Part shown: positions 48,149 through 60,547 of the stretch, piece after piece | Layout of the letters: every line of letters starts with the position of its first letter | Numbering within the stretch: position 1 is the first letter of the stretch | NCBI RefSeq assembly: GCF_964213995.1 | Contig: NW_027590192.1 | Coordinates: 496,001 to 560,000 of the forward strand | Reading direction: 5' to 3' | Source of the DNA: Mustelus asterias | Lineage: Eukaryota | DNA: 64,000 bases | The notes under the pieces: generated by a model | Told to the model about the DNA's origin: nothing | Database searches by the model: none | Seen by the model: only the letters and a program-made list of their open reading frames with translations | Position numbers and translations under genes: made by a program

Positions 48149-50278
48149 ATGCTGACACGACAGCGAGCTCGCAACAGTGAGAGTTCATTCACCTGCTCCG
48201 TGTGTGGGAAGAAATTCATGTGTTCGTCCAACCTGCTGGCTCACCAACTCGATCACATTGATGAGAAGCCTCTTCAAAGCTCTGACTCTGGGGACAGCGT
48301 TGAGACGTCTGAGGAACAGGCCCAACACCAGCTCCTTCACATTGACGAGAGACCGTTCAGCTGCTCCCACTGCGGGAAGAGGTTCAGCCAGTCCTCCCGC
48401 CTTGCAGAGCACCAGCTCCTTCACACACACGAGAGACCGTTCAGCTGCACTCATTGTGGAGAGTCATTCAGTGACTCAGTGCATCTCACTGAGCACCAAC
48501 AAGTTCACACCAAGGACAGGCCATTCAGCTGCTCCCAGTGTGGGAAGAGATTCACTCAGTCCTCCCACTGCACCGTTCACCAACTGGTTCATTCTCAGAA
48601 GAGACATTTTAAATGTTTTAAATGTGAGAAGACCTTCAAAAGAAGGATTAGTCTGCTGAGACACCAGGGCACTCACACCGGGGAGAAGCCGTGCCCCTGT
48701 TCTGTTTGTGGGAAGAGATTCGCTCATTCATCTCATCTTCTGACACACAAGCGAGTTCACACTGGGGAGAGGCCTTTCCTCTGCTCCCTGTGTGGGAAGA
48801 GATTCACTCGATTTTCACACCTTTTGACACACAAGAGTATTCACACTGGAGGGAAACCATTCACCTCCTTAATGTGTAGAAAGGAAGAAGTTCAATCAAC
48901 TGACCAGCTGACACACCAGCGAGTTCACACTGGGGAGAAGCTGTTCACCTGCTCGGTGTGTGGGAAGGAATTCACTCGGTCTTACTATCTTCTGAGGCAC
49001 CGGCGAGTTCACACTGGGGAGAGGCCATTCCTCTGCTCCGTGTGTGGGAAGATGTTTCCTCATTCATCCCAGCTTGTGATACACGAGCGTGTTCACACAG
49101 GGGAGAGGCCTTACGTTTGCCCTGTGTGCGGGAAAGCATTTGCTTCTTTACAACACCTGCTGAAACATCGGCCTGTTCACACTGGGGAGAAGCCATTCTC
49201 TTGCTCCATTTGTGGCAAGAGATTCACTCAGTCATCTGACCTGCTGAGACACCAATACATTCACACAGGGGACAGGCCGTTCACCTGCTCTCAGTGTGGG
49301 AAGGGATTCACTGATCCATCCCGCCTGCAGAGACACCAGCGAGTTCACACCGGGGAGAAGCCGTTCACCTGCTCTGTGTGTGGGAAGGGATTCACTCAGG
49401 TATCCAACCTGCAGAGACACCAGCGAGTTCACACCGGGGAGAGGCCGTTCCTGTGCTCTGTGTGTGGAAAGGGATTCGCTCAGTCGTCTAGCCTGCTGAA
49501 ACACCAACACATTCACACCGGGGAGAAGCCGTTCACCTGCTCTGTGTGTGGGAAGGGATTCACTGATTCATCCTATATGCTGAAACACCAGCGAGCTCAC
49601 ACTGCGACAGAACCGTTCACCTGCTCCCTGTGTGGGAAGGGATTCACTGATCCATCCTGCCTGCAGAGACACCAGCGAGTTCACACCGGGGAGAAGCCGT
49701 TCACCTGCTCTGTGTGTGGGAAGGGATTCACTCAGGTATCCAACCTGCAGAGACACCAGCGAGTTCACACTGCGACAGAACCGTTCACCTGCTCCCTGTG
49801 TGGGATGGGATTCACTGATCCATCCCACCTGCAGAGACACCAGCGAGTTCACACCGGGGAGAAGCCGTTCACCTGCTCTGTGTGTGGGAAGGGATTCACT
49901 CAGGTATCCAACCTGCAGAGACACCAGCGAGTTCACACCGGGGAGAGGCCGTTCCTGTGCTCTGTGTGTGGAAAGGGATTCGCTCAGTCGTCTGGCCTGC
50001 TGAAACACCAACGCATTCACACCGGGGAGAAGCCGTTCACCTGCTCTGTGTGTGGGAAGGGATTCACTGATTCATCCTATATGCTGAAACACCAGCGAGC
50101 TCACACTGCGACAGAACCGTTCACCTGCTCCCTGTGTGGGAAGGGATTCACTGATCCATCCTGCCTGCAGAGACACCAGCGAGTTCACACCGGGGCAAAA
50201 CCGTTCAACTGCTCCATGTGTGGGAAGGGATTTAATCAGTATTACAGCCTGCTGAAACATAGACGACTTCATGTGTGA
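48149..50278 (+). CDS. C2H2 zinc-finger protein, about 23 intact fingers plus 2 degenerate
   Basis: 709-aa frame from ATG 48149; acceptor TTTTGCAG at about 47966. Confidence 0.9.
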   Translation: MLTRQRARNSESSFTCSVCGKKFMCSSNLLAHQLDHIDEKPLQSSDSGDSVETSEEQAQHQLLHIDERPFSCSHCGKRFSQSSRLAEHQLLHTHERPFSCTHCGESFSDSVHLTEHQQVHTKDRPFSCSQCGKRFTQSSHCTVHQLVHSQKRHFKCFKCEKTFKRRISLLRHQGTHTGEKPCPCSVCGKRFAHSSHLLTHKRVHTGERPFLCSLCGKRFTRFSHLLTHKSIHTGGKPFTSLMCRKEEVQSTDQLTHQRVHTGEKLFTCSVCGKEFTRSYYLLRHRRVHTGERPFLCSVCGKMFPHSSQLVIHERVHTGERPYVCPVCGKAFASLQHLLKHRPVHTGEKPFSCSICGKRFTQSSDLLRHQYIHTGDRPFTCSQCGKGFTDPSRLQRHQRVHTGEKPFTCSVCGKGFTQVSNLQRHQRVHTGERPFLCSVCGKGFAQSSSLLKHQHIHTGEKPFTCSVCGKGFTDSSYMLKHQRAHTATEPFTCSLCGKGFTDPSCLQRHQRVHTGEKPFTCSVCGKGFTQVSNLQRHQRVHTATEPFTCSLCGMGFTDPSHLQRHQRVHTGEKPFTCSVCGKGFTQVSNLQRHQRVHTGERPFLCSVCGKGFAQSSGLLKHQRIHTGEKPFTCSVCGKGFTDSSYMLKHQRAHTATEPFTCSLCGKGFTDPSCLQRHQRVHTGAKPFNCSMCGKGFNQYYSLLKHRRLHV

Positions 50279-50342
50279 CCGGCAAAGTTGGATTCTGTTG
50301 TTTCTGCGCCCTGAGATAAACAATAACAATTGGATGAATAGG

Positions 50343-50695
50343 GGAGGCAGTAGCACAGTGGAATTATCACTGGACTCAGGGTAAGGCTCTGGGGACCCAG
50401 GTTCGAATCCCACCACAGGCAATGGTGAAATTTGAATTCAATTAAAATCTCGAATTAAAAGTCTAATGACAAACCTTAACCATTGTTGATCGTCGTCAAA
50501 ACCACTCTGGTTCAGTCATGTCCTTTAAGAAAGGAACCCTGCTGTCCTTACCTGGTCTGGCCTACATGTGACTCCAGACCCACAGCAATGTGGGTGACTC
50601 TCAAATTCCCTCTGAAATGGAGGCAGTTAGAGATGGGCAAGAAATGCTGGCCCAGCCAGTGACGCCTATATCCAGTAAAAATGAATTTAAAAAAG
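50343..50695 (+). mobile_element. tRNA-head SINE (second family) in the ZNF 3' UTR
   Basis: A/B boxes and shared body. Confidence 0.82.
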
Positions 50696-51699
50696 TTCCT
50701 CAGTATCTCAGTAACCTCCTCCAGCCCCACAACACTCTGTGTAAATACAAGTTGTTGCTGATTATGCCCTGAGATAGAAAATGTGAACCCGATTCCCCTC
50801 GTCCACCAACACAGCAACTTCTTCACAAAAATTGAAGCACATGGGATTGGGGCGAATGTATTGAGATTGAAAACTTGTTGGCAGACAGGAAATAGAGTAA
50901 GATTAAACAGGTCTTTTTCCAACTGGCAGGCAGTGATTATTGGGGTAATGCAGGATCAGTGCTCTGACCCCAGCTAGTCACCTGCCATGGGTCTTCTGTT
51001 TTTTTCCCCCCGTTTATAATGCATCATTTTTAAATTGTTGCTTCTTAATATTCTGATTTAAAACCATGGATAAGCTCAAACCACTTTTGGATAACCTGTG
51101 ACTCCCTGATCAAGAATCTTACCGACCATTGCATGCCATTCTGGTCACCGTATTATAAAAAAGATATCTCGGCACTGGAGAAGGGTACAGAGATGATTTT
51201 TAATGATGATACCAGAAATGTAGAAAACAGCTCACCATCACCTTCTCGAGGTCAATCAGGGGTTAGCAATAAATGCTGGCCAAGCTCGCGATGTCCACAT
51301 CCCATAAATGATTTTTAAACTGTGTGTTTGGTTATCCATCAGGAAAGGATTGACACGCTCACGCTTTCTTGAAAAATTAAGGCTGAGGGGGAACCTAATA
51401 GAGGGCTTCAAAATTATAAAAGGTTTTGAAATAATGTTTCTTCTTTTGGAGAAAGGCAAAACTGGAGACCATCAATACAAGACAGTCGCCAAGAAACCCA
51501 ATAGGAAATCCAAGATAAATTTCTCCACCCAAAGAGTGGTGAGAATATGGAAATCATGACCACAGGGAGTGAAATGAACAGTATCGATGTCTTTCAGGGG
51601 AAGCTCAACAAGTATTTGTGTGTGATTTTATAATTCATTCAGGATTTATTTCAAAAAAACTAAGAATAAAGTAACAGGAGATATTTTGAGGCATCTGAG

Positions 51700-51776
51700 A
51701 GTCTGTGTGTGTGTGAGGGTGTCTGTGTAAGGGTGTCTGTGAGTGTGTGTGTAAGGGTGTCTGTGAGTGTGTGTGT
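51700..51776. repeat. Compound (GT)n-like repeat
   Basis: Direct reading. Confidence 0.8.
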
Positions 51777-52254
51777 TACTTCTCATTGGTTTCACACCAA
51801 CCTTCCTCTTTCTGAGCAGACATTCTGGCCCCTGATAAACCCATTGAGTGATTTGAATGGTACAATTCAGAGATTCTTCATCCAGGGTGAAACCACAGGC
51901 TGACTGTGTGCTGTGTAAAACCTGACATCTACACAACCTAATCCCACTTCTCCTGGAACAACGTGAAGTGACTACAATTTTCCAGATTGATTTCTTTGCT
52001 CTCAATATTCTTTCAGATAGTTCATAAATTCCATGAGTACATTATCCTTTAACACACCTATGGTGTCCAGTTTAAATACTACCCTCAGTCTGACCAACAT
52101 ATAGCAATGGGATTGTTGCTATTACAGGAATCCATTCTGTAAATCTGATTCCAAGGCACTCTGGAGTAATGCAGTGATCCACACCTTCCCACTCAACACC
52201 AATCTATAGTTCCATCTGAGTTCCAGAGTTTAACATGATTTTTCAAAACACAGG

Positions 52255-52650
52255 CAGCAGGGTGGCACAGTGATCAGCAGCGCCAGGGACCTGAGTTCAA
52301 TCCTGGGCTCAGGTAGTACGAGTAAGCTTACATTAACACTGCAATGAAGTTACTATGAAAATCCCCTAGTCGCCACACTCGGCGCCTGTTTGGGTGTACT
52401 GAAGGAGAATTTAGCATAGCCAATGCACCGAACCAGCATGTCTTTCAGACTGTGGGAGGAAACCTGAGCACCCGGAGGAAACCCATGCAGATACGGAGAG
52501 AACGTGCAAACTCCACACAGTCACCCAAGACCGGAATTGAACCGGATCCCTGGCACTCTGAGGTAGCAGTGCTAACCACCGTGCCACAGCTCTCTGTGTG
52601 GAGTTTGCACGTTCTCCCTGTGTCTGCATAGGTTTGCTCAGAGTGCTCCA
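52255..52650. mobile_element. Nested SINEs (a minus-strand copy at 52315-52590 inside a plus-strand copy)
   Basis: Head at 52255; the body resumes at about 52592. Confidence 0.7.
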
Positions 52651-53494
52651 CTTTTTGGAAGGAGTAATTTGACAAGGAAAAATTCAATGAACGGCATGAC
52701 ACTAGTAAGCTCTGTGGAACAAAGGGACCTGGGTGTGATTGTCCATAGATCTCTGAGGACAGAAGTGTATGTTAGTAGGCTGGTGAAAAAGGCATGTAGG
52801 ACACTTGCCTTTATCAATTGAGGTATAGATTACAAAAGCAAGGAAGTCATGTTGGAGTTGCATAGAACTGTGGTGAGGTCACTGCTGGAATACTGTGTGC
52901 AGTTCTGGTCGCCACATTATAAGAAGGATGTGATTGCATTGGAGGGGGTGCAGAGGAGATTTACCAGTGAAGGTGAGTTACAGATGAGAGGGACAGTGTC
53001 AAAAGAGAGAACCATTGACAATATTAGATAATGTGGGGAAGTTGGGTTATCAGTGGTTTAGAGGGTAAAGGGAGATGAAGGGAGGTCTCATGGACAAGAT
53101 GAGCAGTGAGAGGGTTTGATGGGAGATAGCAGAGGAATTGGAGAAAGATGTGAGTTCAGTACTTGGAGAAAGGGAAATTTCAGAGAGAGTTTTGTCTGGT
53201 GGTCCAGTGGAAGGGAGGGAGGCAGCTGATCAGATTGTCTCAATCTTAGAGACAAAGAAGCTCCACGAGCTCCTCACACTTGTTGTTGAAGATGAGGATG
53301 GAGGAGACAGGAGAGAGGCCCTTCAAAAGGAGAACCATTCACAGATTTAAAAAAAAGACAACAGAGAATACATTAACACAAAGACGGTGTATTTGAATTT
53401 TGTGCAGAATATTCGCCTCTATAACTGGCCTGAAGTTTATTAACATCAGCAGGTGCAGACCACAGTGTGACTGACAACAACATCCAATCTCCAG

Positions 53495-54364
53495 TTATTT
53501 ATGAACTTGCTGGTGTCTCAGCAATGCGGATGACTGAGTGAATCTCTTCCCACACTTGGAGCAGGTGAATGGTCTCTCCCCGGTGTGAACCCGCTGATGG
53601 ACAGTGAGATGAGATGATCGCCTGAACCCAGTCCCACAGTGAGAGCATCTGAATGGTTTCTCGTCAGTGTGAACTTGTTGATGGGACACCAGTTCCTGCG
53701 AGGTTTTAAAACATTTCCCACACTTCAGACACTTAAACGGTCTCTCATCAGTGTGGCCTCTTTGGTGTGTAATTAGGATGGATGAATTAACAAATCCCTT
53801 CCCACACTGGGAGCAGGTGAATGGTCTCTGCCTCGTGTGAACATGCTGGTGTGTCAGCAGGGTGGATTTGTGAGTGAATCCCTTTCCACACTCAGAGCAG
53901 GTGAATCGCTTCTCCCCGGTGTGAACTCGCTGGTGTGTCAGCAGGGTGTATTGGTGAGTGAATCCCATCCCACACACAGAGCAGGTGAATGGTTTCTCCC
54001 CAGTGTGAATTAGTTTGTGTTTAATCAGGGTGGATGACTGAGTGAATCCCTTCCCACACAAAGAGCAGGTGAATGGCCTCTGCCCAGTGTGTGTGCGCTG
54101 GTGATTCTGCAGGGTGGATAACTTAGTGAATCCCTTCCCGCAGTCCGAGCAGGTGAACGGCCTCTCCCCGGTGTGACCACGCCGATGGGTTTCCAGCTGG
54201 GATGGGTAATTGAATCCCTTCCCACAGACCCCACATTTCCACGGCTTCTCCCCATCATGATTGCATTTATGTTTTAACAGGCCAGATGACTGGTTGAAGT
54301 CTTGTCCACAAATGGAACACGAGTACGGTTTCTACCCACTGTGAACGGTGCTTTTTCCTTCCAT
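53495..54364 (-). pseudogene. 10-finger C2H2 ZNF with one in-frame TAG at codon 11
   Basis: MEGKSTVHSG*KPYSC.. from ATG 54364, TAG at 54332-54334, then open to TAA; paralog of the 14542 gene. Confidence 0.8.
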
Positions 54365-55139
54365 GTTCAAAATCCGATGATATTCCGGTCACAAAAAATT
54401 AGGCGACTCTGTGAGATCCTGATGTGGAATTTGGTTTCAGTTTCCCAACTGCAAATCCTAATCTTCTAAGACACGATGAAATTGATTTAAAACAGAAAAA
54501 AAGGGAGTGAGAGAGAACACACAAAAACAGGTTGTGAAATTGAGCTGAATGAATGGGGTGATTTGTGGGGCCGGCATTAAGAAAAAGTGACCATGAAAGC
54601 TGCTGGATCGTCATAAAAACCCAACTGATTCACTCATGTGCTTCAGGGAAGGAAACCTGCCACCTGGTCTGGACTGACACATGAACCAATATCTATCGAA
54701 GCGGTGAGAGAGAGGTGGAAGAAGCAGAGGGTGAAGGAGAGGGTTTCTCTACATCCTGACCAGAATCTCCTAATCTCTCAACCTCCACCATTTAGCTGGA
54801 CCAGGGTAGTAGGTGCATGTGAAGATCATCACCTCCTAGTTCCCCTCCAACTCATACAACATCCTGACTTGTCTGACATCAACTACTGCATGAGCAGACG
54901 TTTCCAGCATTTAAATAGCGGGAAGACTGGAGTCATTGTCTTCAGTCCCCATGATAAACTTCACCACCCTCACAACTGACTCCGCCCTCTCCATGTTAAA
55001 TATCTGAAGCTGAACTAAGTTGTTCACAACCATGGTGTCTTACTTGAGAAGAGTTTTAGACCACATATCCACATCATCACCAAAATCATCTGTTTCCACC
55101 TCAGTAACATCCCCCAACTCTGCCTTAGCCTCAGTTAAT

Positions 55140-55455
55140 CATAGAATCTCTACAGTGCAGAAGGAGGCCATTCGGCCTATAAAGCCCACACTGACAACAA
55201 TCCCACCTCGGCCCTATCCCCATCGCCCCATGTATTTACCCTGCTAAACCCTGACACTAAGGGGCAACTTAGCATGGCCAATCAACCTAATCCACACATC
55301 TCTGGAGTATGGGAGGAAACTGGAGCACCCGGAGGAAACCCACGCAGACACGGGGAGAATGTGAAGACTCCACACAGACAGTGACCCAAGCTGAGAATTG
55401 AACCCGGGTCCCTGGAGCTGTGAGGCAGCAGTGCTAACCACTGTGCCACCGTGTC
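55140..55455 (-). mobile_element. HE1-type SINE within an L2 fragment
   Basis: Reverse-complement SINE; L2-like flanks at about 54860-55600. Confidence 0.8.
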
Positions 55456-55599
55456 GCTGCAGAATCCATCATCCATTCCTTTCTTACCTCCAGACTAAAC
55501 AATTCCAATACAGTTTCAACCGGCCTCCAACATTAAGCAACCCCCTCCAAACCATCCTAAACAGCCCATATGCTTGCTCACACCAAATCATGTTCACCC

Positions 55600-56945
55600 A
55601 TAGAACCATAGAAAATTACAGCTCAGATACAGGCCTTTTGTCTTCTTGTCTGTGCCGAACCATTTTTTGCCTAGTCCCACTGACCTGCACTTGGACCATA
55701 TCCCTCCACACCCCTCTCATCCATGAACCCGTCCAAGTTTTTCTTAAATGTTAAAAGTGACCCCGCATTTACCACTTTATCCGGCAGCTCATTCCACACT
55801 CCCACCACTCTCTGCGTGAAGAAGCCCCCCCTAATATTCCCTTTAAACTTTTCTCCTTTCACCCTTAACCCATGCCCTCTGGTTTTTTTCTCCCCTAGCC
55901 TCAGCGGAAAAAGCCTGCTTGCATTCACTCTATCTATACCCATCAAAACCTTATACACCTCTATCAAATCTCCCCTCAATCTTCTACGCTCCAGGGAATA
56001 AAGTCCCAACCTATTCAATCTCTCTCTGTAACTCAGCTTCTCAAGTCCCGGCAACATCCTTGTAAACCTTTTCTGCACTCTTTCAACCTTATTTACATCC
56101 TTCCTGTAACTAGGTGACCAAAGTTGTACACAATACTCTAAATTCAGCCTCACCAGTGCCTTATATAACCTTACCATAACACTCCAACTTTTATACCTTT
56201 TTTAAACAACGGAACAACATGAGCCACCCTCCAATCATCCGGCACCTCCCCCGTGAATACTGACATTTAAAATATGTCTGCCAGGACCCCTGCAAGTTCA
56301 ACACTAGCTTCCCTCAAGGTCCATGGGAATACCCTGTCCGGTCCTGGGGATTTATCCACTCTGATTTGCCTCAAGACAGCGAGCACCTCCTCCCCTTTAA
56401 TCTGTAAAGGTTCCATGGCCTCCCTACCAGTTTGCCCTATTTCCGTAGACTCCATGCCCGTTTCCTCAGTAAATACAGATGCAAAAAAACCATTTAGTAT
56501 CTCCCCCATCTCTTTTGGTTCCATACACAGTGTACCACTCTGGTCTTCAAGAGGACCAATTTTATCCCTCACTATCCTTTTGCTCCTAACATACCTATAG
56601 AAGCTCTTTGGATTTTCCTTCACTCTGTCTGCCAAAGCAACCTCATGTCTTCTTTTAGCCCTCCTGATTTCCCTCTTAAGTAGCTTCTTGCACTTTTTAT
56701 ACTCCTCGAGCATCTAATCTGTTCCTTGCTGCCTGTACATTTCATACAACTCTCTCTTTCTCTTAATCAGTGTTACAATCTCCTTCGAGAACCAAAGTTC
56801 CTTATTCCTATTTACTTTGCCTTTAATCCTGACAGGAACATACAAACTCTGCACTCTCAAAATTTCTCCTTTGAAGGCCTCCCAATTTCCATTTACATCC
56901 TTACCAGAGAACAGCCTGTGCCAATCCACACTTCCCAGATCCCTT
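55600..56945 (-). mobile_element. CR1 with internal deletion of the RT core
   Basis: ORFs 55671..56177 and 56267..56713 are joined at about 56196, skipping FADD. Confidence 0.85.
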
Positions 56946-57479
56946 CTCAATCCACACTTCCCAGATCCCATCTACAAATGTTTCCTTTTAAGAAGCATCA
57001 GAATTTTAAAATTCTCATCTTCGTTTTCCTCCATGGTTACAATCATTCCTGTGTCTGTAATCTTCTCCAGCCACACACACTCCTCTGAGATCTCTACTAT
57101 AATCTAATTCCTCTTGAGCATTCTCAGTTTTAATCATTATACCATTACAAATCATCCTTTCAGTTGCACAGGCCACAAGCTCTGCAATCTCTTCTTTAAA
57201 TCTCTCTGCCTGTCCATCACCTCTGCTTTCTTTAAAACCCACCTCTTTGACCAAACCTTTGGTCACCTGTCCTAATATGGCTCAGTATCAAATGTCAGTG
57301 TATAACATTTGTGAGAAAATGTCTGGGGCTGTTTTATTATGTTAAAGACACAATATGAATATAAATGATTGCAACTGCCCAGATATCGTTGTTCTCATCA
57401 GTAAGAGATTGGAAGTGAAAGGGTGAAGCAGTTTGATGGTCAAGTTATTCACATTCTGTCAGTGGTAATTCCAAAACAT

Positions 57480-58020
57480 TGCCCCAAAGACGGCGACTGC
57501 GCATGCGCCGTGTTGCTGGTGCGCCGACTGAAGACGGCGACTGCGCATGCGCTGTGTTGCTCTTGCCCCGATGACGATGGCCCTGATGAACCCGGGTCTG
57601 TAACTGGGAGAATGCTGAGGCCCTGCTCTGCGCTGAGGGCTGGGACCATCCTCTGATATCGCCAGGTTCTTTTTAAGAGTTCGCAGCTTACGTAACATGT
57701 TTACGACGCCTCTCCAAACCCCCGCCTGGTCTATCGCGTCCTCCGCCCCGCCATTCCCACCTTTACTGATTGTGGATCCGAGAAAGAATGTCTCCACCGC
57801 CATTAATCACACTGCGCATGCTTCACTCAGCCCCGCCCCTCATTCACCCCGATTGGTCGGAGGACCAGTTGCTCCCTCGCGACCGTCTCCTTCTATTGGC
57901 CCGGAGCTGCCGTCAATCAGTCCCTGGGCATTGTGAGGTGTCGGGTGAGAGGTCAGTGCTGAGGGGCGGGGTTTACAATGAACATTCTCCACTCTCCCTG
58001 TCCACCGCTTCCGGCTTCTC
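57480..58020. promoter_or_regulatory. Bidirectional CpG promoter P5
   Basis: AAGACGGCGACTGCGCATGCGC x2; core module on the minus strand at 57810-57940. Confidence 0.75.
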
Positions 58021-58334
58021 CCCACAAACCATCTCCAACAAAGAGAGAAGGGGACACACTGACCGAGTGACAATGTCACTGCATTAGTAATCCAGAGAGA
58101 CAGCACAATGTTCTAGGGACAGGGCTTCAAATCCATTCAATTAATACAATCTACAATTTAAAGTTAGTCTCAGTGAGGGTGACTGAGGTTTCTCTGAGAA
58201 AATCTCCACACATTCCATTCTGGGCACAAGATTCAGATTCCTGTTTTGTCACAAGGTATGAATGAAATTATGTTCAGTTTGTTATTTTTGTTAAAATTGG
58301 GTTTTTTTGTTAAATTTGTCAAAAATTTGACAAA

Positions 58335-58625
58335 TGGTACAGTGGTTAGCACTGCTGCTTTTCAGCGCCAGGGACCCGGGTTCAATTCCCAGATTGGGTC
58401 TGTGTGGAGTTTGCATGTCCTCCCCGTGTCTGCGTGGGTTTCCTCCGGGTGCTCCGGTTTCCTTCCACAATCTGAAAAATGTGCTGGTTAGGTGCATTGG
58501 CCATGCTAAATTCTCTCTCAGTGTACCCGAACAGGCGCTGGAGTGTGGTGACTCGGGGATTTTCATGGTAACTTCATTGCGGTGTTAATGTAAGCCAACT
58601 TGTGGCTAATAAATGGACTTTACTT
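58335..58625 (+). mobile_element. HE1/V-type SINE
   Basis: Head and body match the other copies. Confidence 0.82.
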
Positions 58626-59211
58626 TAAAAGGATCTGGAAAGAATTATCTAAAACTTAATTTGGATATCCAGAGAGTGTGTGGGACAGGAATTTACAGAT
58701 TTGGGGGAACAAGAGAGGATAAAATGTTCCAGAGAAACTAGAATTGTCTGTTCAGAGTTTCTGTCCTGGACTGACATTTGGTTACATTTGTAAACCCCAT
58801 TGACAGCATATTAGAAGCTGAGGATTTGTGGAGAAAATATTTAATTAAGGATCAATTCAGGGTCAAAGTCATTTGGGGAATGAAAGTGAAAAATATTCCA
58901 CCAAATGAGAACTGTCTGTTCTGAATTTCTATCTTGTACTGACAGTGATGACATTTTAAACTCCTTTATCAGGTTATTAGAAGCAGAGGATTTGGAGATA
59001 GGAAATGCAAACCAAACATCGCATCAACATCTGATACTCAATGAATCAGAGTGTGAGTATCATTGACCTTTGAATGTGGAGGGAAGATTGTTTTAACAAG
59101 TTGCATAGCCTTTAAAACATTTCAACATTTGAAGCAGATAGAATCCACGTGTACTGTGTACGAGGCTTGAACTGATCAACCAACCTGGAGAGAAACAAGG
59201 ATACCAGCACC

Positions 59212-59798
59212 ACAGAGAAACCGTGTAAATGTGGGGATTGTGGAAAGGGATTCAAGTATCCATCCCTGCTGGAAATTCACCGATGCAGTCACACGAGAAA
59301 AACCATTCACCTGCTCTGTATGTGGGAAGGGATTCACTCAGTCAACCACTCTGCTGAGACACCAGCGATTTCACACGGGGGAGAGACCGTTCCCCTGTTG
59401 TGTGTGTGGGAAGGGATTCACTCAGTCATCTGAGCTTCTGATACACTGGAGAGTTCATACTGGAGAGAAGCCATTCACCTGCTCTGTTTGTGGGAGGGGA
59501 TTCACTCAGTTATCCCAGCTGCTGACACACCAGCGCGTTCACACTGGGGAGAGGCCATTCACCTGCTCTGTGTGAGAAACAATTCACTAATTCATCAAAC
59601 CTGCTTACACACCAGCGAGTTCACACTGGCGAGAGACCATTCATTTGTTCCATGTGTGAGAAAGGATTCACAACTTCATCCAACCTTTTGACACACCAGC
59701 GAATTCACACCCGGGAGAGGCCATTCACCTGTTCAGTGTGTGCAAGGGGATTCAGTCAGCTAGCCCACCTGCTGACACACCAGCAAGTTCACAAGTGA
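59212..59798 (+). pseudogene. 7-finger C2H2 ZNF pseudogene
   Basis: Start ATG changed to ACA; 2-nt deletions at about 59295 and 59572. Confidence 0.85.
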
Positions 59799-60434
59799 CT
59801 AAAGGGTTTGGATTCCACTGATGTTGCTGGCGTTCATTATACCCAGGACTGAACCATGTTCATTGTGACAATTCAGGTTTGTCTCTCTGATGTTACCAAC
59901 CATAGTTCTGGCTGGAGTTTAAGATTCTAGTTAGTTTGCTGATTGTGTTCTTGGGCCTGCAGCCTCCCTTTAAGAATATGTGTCTGTGATCATTCCCCTG
60001 AATTCAGAGAATTCCACCAGCAATCAGTTTGCCACAAATATTGAACTTTTACTTCAATCCTAAATTGATCTTTGATTCAAAACTCGACAATTTAGTGTCT
60101 GAGATGTTCTCCTGATGAACATCTCCAATTAGAAAGTGCTGATTAATCCTTGCTGACAATTCTTACTGACCTGCACATTACACACAGTGAGAGCTCCGTT
60201 ATCCCCCAGAAAGAAGGGGAATGGGAATTGGTGGAGAATCAAGCGTTCCCAAATTTTACCCCTTCCGTCTGGTACTGAAATCCCCTCGGCCCGGGAATGA
60301 AGACAGGTCCAATTGAAATAACAAACTGGTGTATATCTTTCATGAAAAAGGGGCTACAAAATCATCAGATAGGAGAGATTGGTATCAATCTTATTGAGTA
60401 AACAAGTAAACTAAATCAAATTAACTGAGGGGAG

Positions 60435-60547
60435 GGGATTGGTGTCAGTGTGGGGTTTACATCAGTCAGCAGGAGATTGGTGTCAGTGACTGTGGGGTTT
60501 ATGTCAGACAGGAGGAGATTGGTGTCAGTGACTGTGGGTTTTATATC
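60435..60547. repeat. Short tandem repeat, about 41-bp unit, about 2.7 copies
   Basis: GATTGGTGTCAGTG(ACTG)TGGG(G)TTTA occurs three times. Confidence 0.8.

Noticed and set aside
48149-50278. PRDM9 identity
   Set aside because: No KRAB, SSXRD or SET exons are visible and the finger consensus differs
48177-50422. Many alternate-frame and antisense ORFs (GRDSL.., HWGEA..)
   Set aside because: Shadow frames of repetitive zinc-finger codons
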